Assembly: GCF_006345805.1 (NCBI RefSeq)
Contig: NC_043006.1
Coordinates: 4,340,001 to 4,404,000, forward strand
DNA: 64,000 nucleotides
Reading direction: 5' to 3'
Source: Octopus sinensis
Lineage: Eukaryota
The translations under genes and the position numbers were made by a program. Below the pieces are notes generated by a model that was not told the origin of the DNA, ran no database searches, and saw only the letters and a list, made by a program, of their open reading frames with translations. Of the stretch, positions 52,587-64,000 are shown in pieces (position 1 is the first letter of the stretch; each line of letters begins with the position of its first letter).

Positions 52587-52656
52587 TATGTATATATATG
52601 TATAATATATATATATATATATATATAGGTATATATATATATATATATATATATAG

Positions 52657-52735
<79 letters not shown>

Positions 52736-52801
52736 GTATGTATATATATATATATATGTATATATATATGTATATATATATATATATTATATGTATATCT
52801 G

Positions 52802-52843
<42 letters not shown>

Positions 52844-52849
52844 TAAAAA

Positions 52850-53790
52850 ATCCTTAAAAATTTTTAGCCCGAAGGCCGCGGCCATGCTGGGGCACCACCG
52901 CTGAATGAGCCACATAGTTTGTGAATCCACCTCTGATACGTGGCACTTGATCAACAAGGGAGTTCGATGCTGCTGCCCGCATCCGTGTCTCCTGTCGTGA
53001 GGTAGGTTCATCTGGGACTCCCAACAAGAAGAGATCCAGTTTAGTTTTAAAGAAACCCACATCCACACATGTAAGTCTCTCAGCATTTAGGGAGGATGTT
53101 GAAAAGCTGTGGTCCTCTGAAACCCAAGCTGTTGCAGTATCTGGACCTGTATTTGATGGTGATGTGGAATCCTTGGCACCACGCAGCGGCGCCCCGTCTG
53201 CGGTTGGAGTAACTTTGAATGCCAAAGTTTGGGACAAGACCCTCCAGGATTTTCCAGATGTATATTACTGCATATCTCTCCGCCTCCGCTCCAGGGAGAA
53301 GAGGTTTAATACTTCAGTCTTTCCCCAGTAGCTGACATTTTGCATTGAGACGATTTTCTTTGTGTAGCTCTCTGAGTTGCTTCGAGTTCTGCTGTTTTTT
53401 ATATTGTGTGGTGACCAAAGTTGGGAGCAGTAGTCCAAGCGGTGCTGAGGACAAATGTTTTCCATAGGACCATCAGTGTCTCCTTCTCTCTTGTTCTGAA
53501 AGTTCGGAGAATCCATCCAGCTAGCCGTCTGCATTTTATCACCAGATTAGCAATATGCATTTGGAAAAAGATGCATCATTGCTCATGTCAATGCCCAGGT
53601 CACGCACTGATTTTGACTCAGGGATTGCAATTCTTCCTGGGCCAGTGTATCCAGTCTTCACGTCATTTACCTTTGTGTGCCAGTAGCGCAGGGCCTGGAA
53701 CTTACCTGCATTAACTGCATGTTGTTGTCCTCAGCCCACCTGTATATTGTTCCAGCTCATGTTGCAGATGCGCAATATTTTCAGGGTTCT
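52850..53790 (-). mobile_element. CR1-like LINE 3' fragment with intact 3' tail
   Basis: Motifs RLDYCSQLWSP, SLERRR and LDLFLLGVPDEP; tail ggtggtgccccagcatggccgcggccttcgggc. Confidence 0.85.
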
Positions 53791-54056
53791 GTATTGCGTG
53801 GGAGACATATATATATGATATATATGTGATATATATATATATATTGTATATATATATATATATATATATGTATAGATATATTATATATATGTATTATATA
53901 TGTATAAGATATATATCGATGTATAGTAGGTATATAGTATATATATATATTATATATATATATATATGTATATATATGTATTATATATATATATATATAT
54001 ATATTAATATGTATATATATATATGGATATATATATATAATATGTATATATATATG

Positions 54057-54087
<31 letters not shown>

Positions 54088-54156
54088 GATATATATATAT
54101 ATATGTATATATATATGTATATATATATATATGTAATATATGTATATATATATGTA

Positions 54157-54211
<55 letters not shown>

Positions 54212-54239
54212 CTTTGATACTTTGATACTTTGATAGGTT

Positions 54240-55400
54240 TCGGCCATTATTGGCCCAGGCCATGTCTAACTAATAGCACCACCTGGTGAAGTCTTTCAAG
54301 TCAGAATTTGGGCACTATGGCCCACTCAAGTAGAGAGTTATTGTTTACAGAGACATATCCGGGTGTAGGGGGTTTATCCGGGATTTCTTGAAGGAATCTG
54401 TCCAAAGACTTCTGGAACCCTATAGGGTCAGTTTCTTCTGTTTTAATGTGTTTTGGTGTGTATGTTAAAGAGAGCGGGGCCAATTGAGGTGAAATAATTG
54501 TGCCGTATTGTTGTTATGAGATGAGAGTGCGATTTTTGTTTGGGCGGATGGCACGGGGCCCAAGCCTTGGATGTACCTTAAGGTGATGCCAACATCATTT
54601 GGGCAATGCTGATGGAATATTTTCCACATCATGCAGATGATGTAGCGCTCACGACGACGTTGGAGAGAATAGAGTTTTAGCTTTTCTAGTCGACCCCAAT
54701 AGTCGAGGCCTGTCATGCCATCTATCTTTTTTGTGATTGCCCTTTGAGGTGCTTCAACTTTTATGATACCTTGTATTGTGTGGGGAGACCACAGTGGACA
54801 ACAGTATTCAAGGTGGGGTCGGGCAAAAGTGGAGAAGAGAGGATAATGGTGTGGATATCTCTCGACTGGAAAGTTCTGAGAATCCAGGAACACATTCTGC
54901 GGGCCATGTCAACTTTGGTGTTATATGAGTGGCCCAGCTTACGTTGTTGTCCACAATTACTCCCAAGTCTCTGATGTTGTTGGACGCCGCGAGAGTTTCA
55001 CCTGAAGGAAGGGAGTATGGGAGTTTCAGGGCATCCTCTTTTCCAAAGTGGATTAGCTCAAATTTATCCTCGTTCAGCAGGCATATTGTTTTTTTCTGCC
55101 CATTGGATAACAGCCAGTAGATCTGACTGAAGGCATGTCCGGTCACTCGCCTCATTTATGACCTTCTGTAGCTTGGAGTCATCTGCAAGATTTTATGTTG
55201 CTGTGCTTGATGATGTCATTAATGTCATTAATGTAAATGATGAAAAGAAGTGGGCCCAGCACAGTGCCTTGCGGAACGCCACTACTGACTTTGGCTGGGC
55301 TTGATTTTACCCCTTCAACTACAACATGTTGAGATCTGTCTGTCAGGAACACTTAATCCATTTCAGTAACTTTCCAGAGACACCAATTGGATAGTTTTTT
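54240..55400 (-). mobile_element. CR1-like LINE RT/3' fragment (third family)
   Basis: Motifs GVPQGTVLGPLLFIIYINDI, LADDSKL-like, RPHLEYCCPLWSP and LDRFLQEIPDKP. Confidence 0.85.
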
Positions 55401-55409
55401 CAATAGGAT

Positions 55410-55434
55410 CTTCAATAGGATATATATGTATATA

Positions 55435-55474
<40 letters not shown>

Positions 55475-55479
55475 ATATA

Positions 55480-55522
<43 letters not shown>

Positions 55523-55991
55523 GTATATATATATATTGTATATATATATGTATATATATATAGTATATATATATGTATATATATATGTATATATATATAT
55601 GTATATATATATGTATATATATATATGATATATATATATATGTATAATATATGTATATATATATATATATGTATAATATGTATATATATATGTATATATA
55701 TATATGTATATATATGTATATAAAATATTATTGAGACAAAACCACTATTTTGCAAAACAAACAGGAAAGACTTAATCAATACATAATTTATTTATTAAAT
55801 TTTATGTATTGATTAAGTCTTTCCTTGTTTGTTTTGCAAAATAGTGGTTTGTCTCAAATAATATTTTATAATATTTTACTATAAAATTGGATTTAATCCT
55901 AAATCTGATTTTTTTCCCTGTAAATTTGGATATATTCCCTAATATTTATTATTATATATATGTATATATATATATATGTATATATATATGT

Positions 55992-56024
<33 letters not shown>

Positions 56025-56057
56025 GTATATGTATATATATATGTATATATTAATATG

Positions 56058-56123
<66 letters not shown>

Positions 56124-56129
56124 TAGATA

Positions 56130-56172
<43 letters not shown>

Positions 56173-56210
56173 TATATATATATATATACTATATATATAT
56201 ATATTATATA

Positions 56211-56251
<41 letters not shown>

Positions 56252-56507
56252 TCTATATATAATATATATATATATAATATATATTATATCTAATATAGTA
56301 TATATATTCTCTAAGGTATATATATATATATCTATATGTATATATAGTATATATATATATATATATGTATATATATTATGTATATATATATATATATTAT
56401 ATATATATATATGTATTATATATAGATAGATATGTATATATATATATATATATAGTATATATATATATAGTATGATATATAATATATATGTAATATATAT
56501 ATATATG

Positions 56508-56539
<32 letters not shown>

Positions 56540-56660
56540 TATAATATATATATATATATATGATATATATATATATATAATATGTATATATATATATATG
56601 TATATATATTATATTATAGTATGTATATATATATATATGTTATATCTATATATATGTATG

Positions 56661-56712
<52 letters not shown>

Positions 56713-56727
56713 TTATATATTATTATG

Positions 56728-56759
<32 letters not shown>

Positions 56760-56783
56760 ATGTATATATATATATATATATAG

Positions 56784-56822
<39 letters not shown>

Positions 56823-56918
56823 GTATATAATATAAATATATGTATATATATATATATATATTATATATATATAATATGTATATATATATATATATATATG
56901 TATAATATATATAATATG

Positions 56919-56972
<54 letters not shown>

Positions 56973-57012
56973 ATATATTTGTATATATATATATATATAT
57001 ATATATATAATG

Positions 57013-57099
<87 letters not shown>

Positions 57100-57118
57100 G
57101 TGTGTTTGTGTGTGTGTA
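55410..57118. repeat. Very long interrupted (TA)n/(TG)n microsatellite field
   Basis: Visible; contains an inverted pair at ~55715-55870. Confidence 0.9.
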
Positions 57119-57121
57119 TTT

Positions 57122-57880
57122 ACTCAAACCAACTAGGGCGAATAACATTCTGAAACTCTGCTTCACGAACTGGCTGGATGGATTCTAAGGAAATTTAGAA
57201 CCAGAGATAAGGAAACCATGATGGTTCTCTGGCGGACATTCGTCCTCAGCCGCCTGAATTAGTGCCCACATCTATGGTCACCCACCAGTGTGAGATTAAC
57301 AGCAGATCTTGAAGCAATCCAGAGAAGATTCACAAAGAAAATCGACTCTTTTCAACAGCTCAGCGACTGGGAACAGTTGAAACAGCTAAGACTCTACTCT
57401 CTGGAGAGAAGAGGGAGAGTTGTGCAGTAATATATATCTGGAAGATCCTGGAAGGAATTGTGCCAAATTTTGGCATTGAAAGCTACACCAATGCCAGAAC
57501 GAGACGACACTGCATAGTGCCAAAGATCCCAGCAATGTCATCACGCTTCAGGACCAGTTACTGCAAGAGCCTGTGTTTCAAGGGCCCACAGCTCTTTAAT
57601 ATTCTCCCAAAGAGCCTGAGGAACTTGCACAAAGAAGATGTAGGGGTTTTTATATCAAAGCTGGACCTCTTCTAGCTGAGAGTCCCAGATGAACCTAGCT
57701 CACTGCAAGAGGTGCAAAACAGGCGGAAAAGAAGAATACAGACAGGGTTAGATATGCTCTGGAAGTACATCTCTGTGTTAGATGGAAAACAGAAGGGGTA
57801 ACTTATAAATACAGGGCACTGAACAGGAAGTATGATATTGTTGAAAGGGTCTGAATGTGTAATGGAGGGACTGAACAGCA
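57122..57880 (+). mobile_element. CR1-like LINE, counterpart of 4400-6833 with ~1.67-kb internal deletion
   Basis: Junction cttcacgaac|tggctggatgg joins left positions ~6785 and ~5119. Confidence 0.9.
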
Positions 57881-58580
57881 CTTTGTGCAAAGAAAGCAAA
57901 GATGGTATGATAGTCCAAAAAAGAAGGCTCCCAGGAGAATAGTTTATTCAGAGTAGATAAGAAGAGCTTCTACAAAGATTGAGAGTATAAAGTTGAAACG
58001 GATGAAGAATAAGGTGTGCCGACGGAGGCAAAATTGATGATGATGATGATGATGATGAAGATGAAGCAGTGTATGTGATAGTGGCGGTGTTGGAGGCCGT
58101 GGTGGTGGTGATTGAGGGTAATGGTGGTGATGAGGAGGATAATGGTGTTGGCGAAGATTGTGGAGAAGATGATAATGATGAAGAATAATTAATAAAATAG
58201 GATAGGAAGAAGCGGTAAGAAGAGGAGGGGGGGAATTAGAGTATGAATAATCTACTTCTAAATATAGAATTACATGTGATATTCAATGATGTGAATTAGC
58301 ATCGATCTAGAGGTAATCACCGTACATAATGTGCATATCGATTTACACTCATATATGAATACACTTCTTCGGACACAGAGGCAAATACATGCATTTGCTG
58401 AAAAGTTTCCACTCAAGTCTCACCCTTTCCTATATGCCATATCTTATACATGGGGCTTCACACTCTTTAACACACAATTACAGACAGGTGGAGTATCATA
58501 TAATCAAGTAAGGAACGATATTACAAATATGGAAATATATCGGCAATGATATACTATAAATAAAAACTGATTTAACTTAC

Positions 58581-58652
58581 AGACTTTCTAAACTGGACAG
58601 GTTTTGGAAGGTTTCTGGTTTGATTTTATTCAGGTTATTATTGTGCAAATTC
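58581..58652 (-). CDS. 72-nt LRR exon R1: (L)NLHNNNLNKIKPETFQNLSSLES(L)
   Basis: Flanked by ttttatgttccAG and GTaagtt; counterpart of L1. Confidence 0.9.
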
Positions 58653-59250
58653 CTGGAACATAAAATTGAGTCAAGATGAAACTTTATGGAACAGGTTTTT
58701 GGAAGTATATAACATATTTCGAGTAAGGAATTAAACTATGGAAATCATGAAGAGTTGATTACGGTTCTGTTGAAATTGATAATGATGATGATGGTGCAAC
58801 TAACTGCGGTTGTCTATGGTAATGAATAAAGTTGATGATGAACCTGACAATGTTGACGGCTGAGAGAAAGAATAGTGTTGCGGAGAATAGTCTCGGTAAT
58901 GATGATGGGAACGAAGAACGTTCGGGGACCACTACCCTGGGATGATCATGAAGCAAGCAAGCAAGCGTGTGTTTGTGCACGCACGTGTGTATGTAAGCAT
59001 GTGTGTATGTATGTGTGTTTTCTGTATGCGTGTGTGTGTTAACTCAATAGGTGAACATGAAGAACGAAGAATATTACATCTTCATAATTTATTTGTTGAA
59101 GCATTTTCTTCATATTACATTCATTGGTTAATCAGCCCAGATTTCCTCAGATGCTAAAAGTATCTGCTCGGATTTCAAATCCCTATTCCATTACGTTACA
59201 TATGTGTGTGTGGGGGGGTGTATATATATGTATGTATATGCATATGTATA

Positions 59251-59930
59251 TACGAGGGATACACAAAAGTAACCGTAATGTTCTCTGTAAGACAACCCGT
59301 TGTAGTTCAGGTTTTCCGTCGCTAAACCTCCACTTGATGCGACTGTCAGGCATCAGTCAGCCAACCGGCGTTATCCGGTAGTGTTGTACTGCCGCGTAGT
59401 TCGTCTTTGTGTTTGGACGTGTTTCTGCTCAGTTCGTATGTTTTTTGCAATGGCTGGAACGAAGGAACATTGTGCTTCTGTGAAATTCTGTTTACTGCTG
59501 CTGAAAACTGCAGATGAAACAATTTTCATGCATCCCATCACATGGATGATGCAATGGGCAAAGCACAAGTTTATGAATGGTTTTCACGATTATGGAATGG
59601 TCACTTGTCGCTTGGAAACCAACCTCATTCATGACAACCGTCGACCTCCCGAACATCATGAAAATTCATGATCTGAACCTGGAGGACCGTCACTGAGCAA
59701 TCGATGAACTTGTTGACATGTCGGTTTTGTCCTGGAGCTGCTGCCAATGAATTTTGTGCGAGGAATTGTGAATGAAAAGCGTTCCAGCAAAATCTATGCC
59801 TCGTTTGCTCACTGAATGTCAAAAACAGTCACGGCTGAATGCGTGTCGTGAGCTAGAAGAACGGTTATGAGGTAATCCGAAAGTTTTTTCGAAGGTCATC
59901 ACTGGTGACGAAAGCTGGTGCTACGGAATT
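59251..59930 (+). mobile_element. Truncated mariner relic
   Basis: TIR tacgagggatacacaaaagtaaccg; FSKVITGDESWCYG motif at ~59885-59927. Confidence 0.8.
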
Positions 59931-60111
59931 TGAAGATGTTGAAGTGAGGAAAGAAAACGATGGGGGTTTTAAAAAGCATCACTTCGGAATAGGTCCAACA
60001 CCGATTCCAGTAGCTGAAAAGGCGCCTGGAACGATGTATTGATTAAAATGGAGAATACTTTGAACACAATAAAAGTGTAAATATGTAACACTAAGTGAAT
60101 AATGTAAGGTA

Positions 60112-60429
60112 TACTAGCCATCTCAATATGGCTAACCACTAAGGGTGGGCGTTACTGTAGCTTGTAGCTCCAGGAGATCATAGTCTCCAGTTGGCTTTAG
60201 GCACACTTTCTGTGCCCTTATGGTATTTGTAAAGGGAGGTCATCCCTCTCTCGCCAACCTAAGTGATAAGCACGGACTGCAGTTTCGAGGTATTTGCTTG
60301 TCTTCAGCGTACGGCAATCACTGGTTTTCGATGAAGGGAGACCGTTTGCTGGAGACGATGATCTCCTGGGACTACAAGCTACAGTAACACCCACCCTTAA
60401 TGGTTAGCCATATTGAGATGGCTAGTGTA
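60112..60429. mobile_element. MITE with ~70-bp TIRs
   Basis: 60112-60181 is the near reverse complement of 60358-60427. Confidence 0.85.
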
Positions 60430-63400
60430 CTTTACGTTGTCGAGCGGTTATTGTTTAAATCTCGTTCAGAGATTTATTATTAAGTGAATAATATATTTCA
60501 AAACTACGGTTTCTTTTGGGCACCGCCTCGTATGTATGTATGCACAATCGGCTAAGGCCGAGCTTCCCTGGGATTATTAATACCTAAAATAGATATCATC
60601 TCATCATTTCCTTATATTTTGGGTAAACCGTTGTTTAAAAGATGCCAAGATGCAAAAAATCCTCAGTTTGTCTGTGAATATTAATTCACTGAGAATTGTA
60701 AATACACAGAACATAAGAAAAAACTAAAATACAGTTTACTTTTATATTTATATTTTCTGTGGTAAATGTTTTAATAACATACGCTACACATTTTCAAAGT
60801 AATTTTAAAGTAATTGTTTTTCTAACAAGTCAACTTTTACAATGACTAACGTAGTGCTTGAATTATACAATGTTTTATTTTTGTTCTTGGTTGCAGACAA
60901 TGGGTGAGATCTCACATTTGATATTAGGATGTCGGCTGGCAACTAAGACTTCACAGATTTTATCTTACAGAATAGGCTTATTGTACTCTGTACCTTATAT
61001 ATCTTCACCTTTTGCACTATACTCCACATAACAAGGTGTTCTACACCCACAACCCTTTAATTACTAGATTATTTTGATTGTGAAATGATGTTAGGCTTGC
61101 TAATTATCACCTTGTAGGGAAGATTTGATAATTGTGTTCTTATCACTTTTCATTAGTCAATTCATGAGTTGTTTTGTCTTTATTGGTCCATTTCGTTATA
61201 CCTAGTTTTATTACACTTTCATGCTATATATTATCTATTATTATAGACATATCGTTATATGTCGTCACTAATTACAATAATATTTATATATATCTGATGC
61301 TAACCGATTCACATATTAATGATAATTAGAGCTCAGCATTCAAAGCTGATATTATTTCTGTGTGCTTGCATTTTTGTAATGATGAGTCTTCAAGTTGGCG
61401 CTCTTGATTAATTTTTTGAATGATGCGCCATATTTTGGACCACAACCGATTGTGCCCTTTGTTATCCCCGCAGAATCGATGCAGGATGAAGAAATAATTA
61501 TATTTAAAAGTCATTTGCATTATTCGGTAGCTTCATAACATCTATGTTAACTAAGTCTAAAAGCGTTGGTGGTAATAGATTTCGGAAACTACATAGAAGT
61601 CCCTTTGTCTAGCTTCGTATCATTGTCACCATTGGCCAATGAATGACTTTCTCTGAGACTACACCGCTGTCATATTGTTTCCAAGGTTTCGCCTGTAACC
61701 GTAGATTGAGTGGAAGATGGGTGATACGCTGAGCCAAAAGCAGCTGTGTTTGCGCCAACAAAGTATTTCCTTATTTGACGTAATCCATATATTTACAGGC
61801 TGTTCCATTGTCCACCACCTGGTAACCTACCGAATAGTAGATTCTCACTCAAGATTTGCACATTCGCACACACATTCATAGCCATCCTTAATTCGCGAGT
61901 CGAGCGAGTATGTCTTGGCAACATATCTAATGTTTTTACTAATTGCTTCAGGTGTCTATGTATTTCCGAGCAGACATAGATACTCTTTTATATCTCCAAC
62001 CCTAACCCTAACCCACCTGTCGCATCCAACACTTGACTGGTACACATTTACAGCTGAGTAGACTGGATCAACCTTGATCAACGTCCCAAACACCGAGCTT
62101 AGTTAAAGAACTGAACCAATCACAGTATTATCGTGCAGAGACATGCTAATCACTGTGTCATATCTTTCACACACACTGAGATACTACAAGTAGAAACTGA
62201 TACCAACACATCAAATGCAGCCCAAAGCAATTTTCCCCTCTCATCAACAAGTCACTGGATATTTCCTCATCCACGCTCAAATCATATCCAGGAGTTTTAA
62301 CGGTCAAAACATCTCAGCTCAGATTTAATCTATTGGCTGAAGCTAAAGTCACAGAGATGGGAACAGATTGCAGAAAATGATAGAATATCATAAAATGCCT
62401 GACAAGAAATTCAATGTTGTCTCTTGAATAAAGTCCAACATCTTTTCACACAAAAACATCTAAAAATCTAAGGATACTGATAGCCATAAAGAATTCTCTT
62501 GTTTTCTTTTGATCATGAAGGAAATCGCTTTTGAAGAAGAACCTCACTATAGGAGAAAGTAGATCCCCGTGTATATCTAGGACGGAATTTAAAAGACATG
62601 TTTTTTTTTCTTTTTAGAATCAGAAAATATTTCACCCCTCAACAACTCCCACGTTTTGACGCTCAAGTAACCAAAGTAAGACCACTCTGTTTATTAACAT
62701 TCCTTCAGTAATATTAACCGTTATGTTTAGTTCTTCATCCTCAGAGCATCGGCTTCTTAAATGTCCTACATGTTCTTGTCTTCTTTACGGTGGGAATTTA
62801 TCTGTAACAATTTAAACGAAGCATTCCCATCATCACTGTCACCCATATCACACAACCAGCGAAATTAATGAGCTCTACTCTTTCTTCAAAACGCAGAAAG
62901 TAAAAACAAGTGGGATTTGAACTTAAAATACAAAGAGCTAGAAAATTTCCATACGAGACACAGTCCGACATCCCTACACTTTGTCTAGTCCCCGTAAGTT
63001 AAGGACGTCTTCGGCTAGATTTTAAGTCAAATACCGAATGCTAGATTAAATACCACAAGGTGTCATTCAACTCGACGGCCTGTAGGTTCGGCCAATTTTT
63101 CAAGGATGAAAGGCAAAGTCGACTCGGCGGAATTTGAAGTCAGAACGATTAATGCAATATAATACAAATCCTTTAATCTGAAATAATACTCAGAAAGAGT
63201 CGAACCCACTCTGTACAATCTAGGGTACATTTCAGTCGAACTGTAACAGAGAGATCAGCTAAATCTTAAGCTTAAAGAATTTTGTAGAATTATAACTAAT
63301 GTGTTTTTATTTCTAAAAAGGTATCGGGTTTATGATATCAACCTAAATTTTACCGATGACGTCTTTAATAAAAATAAGTTTCATAATACCGAACTATTTT

Positions 63401-64000
63401 ACATGTTTCATTTACGTAATTTCAGAGTCAGGCAATTTAAGCGGATCTCGTAATCATCTGCAATTTAATTAGTCTAACAGTATCACATTTGATTGTAAAC
63501 GTAATATAGACATGCAATATTTAACTGTCATTCTGTTACTAAATCAGCTAATATCAATATAACTGTAACAATAAACATCTTAAATTTAGGAAATGATGTT
63601 GCGAAATGCGGCACCCTGGGGGCAGCCCAGCAAGCCAATTTGTTTAAAGTGGAAGAAGTAGGCATACCCGGCTGGATTATTTGCGTAATTAGGTTCTTCG
63701 TTGCCAGGTTCACTTCGACTGGTCACATTGCATCTTTACAAATCCACACTGTAATCAGTTCTTCGTTGTCTGAAGAACTCACACCAGCTGTTCACATCGC
63801 TTAACTCACATCACGAAATCTTCACATCACCCAACTCTCATCTCTAACTCTTCATTTCTTTATTACCCACTAGGGGCGACGAAGAGGGGACATAACAAAA
63901 CATGGGGGACATAGAACAATATGATTAAAATTATGAGCAAATGAATTATAAAATGAAAAAATGATAATATGAAAGCGATGCTAACGGCCCCATCCGCCAG

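Larger units (their letters stand above)
57119..63230 (-). repeat. Right arm (outer part) of the inverted duplication
   Basis: Reverse complement of 1-6833 with indels. Confidence 0.95.

Overview
AT-rich, repeat-dense animal genomic DNA, most likely octopus/coleoid judging by the SINE types (inference; no search run). Most six-frame ORFs are microsatellite artefacts. Two real systems stand out. (1) A 3.6-kb array (29861-33499) of near-identical ~492-bp monomers, each encoding a type I hammerhead ribozyme on the minus strand. Its stem III is near-palindromic (dimer type). The array ends in an inverted fragment and sits inside a (TA)n tract, consistent with a retrozyme-like element copied by rolling-circle reverse transcription. 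Four more Penelope-type minimal hammerheads occur at 33.9, 39.1, 48.6 and 50.6 kb. (2) A modular leucine-rich-repeat gene built from 72-nt, phase-2/phase-2, one-LRR-per-exon cassettes. It is present as two convergent copies in a window-spanning inverted duplication (1-11392 versus about 39630-63230): 2 intact exons on +, 5 on -, plus pseudo-exons and exon-less cassette skeletons. Paired exons differ more than their flanking introns, mostly at xxLxLxx surface positions. The rest is CR1-like LINE fragments, mariner and DD37D (maT) transposons, Helitron-like elements, MITEs, SINEs, microsatellites and a 100-N gap. The left arm stops at that gap, so it could be a misplaced haplotype.
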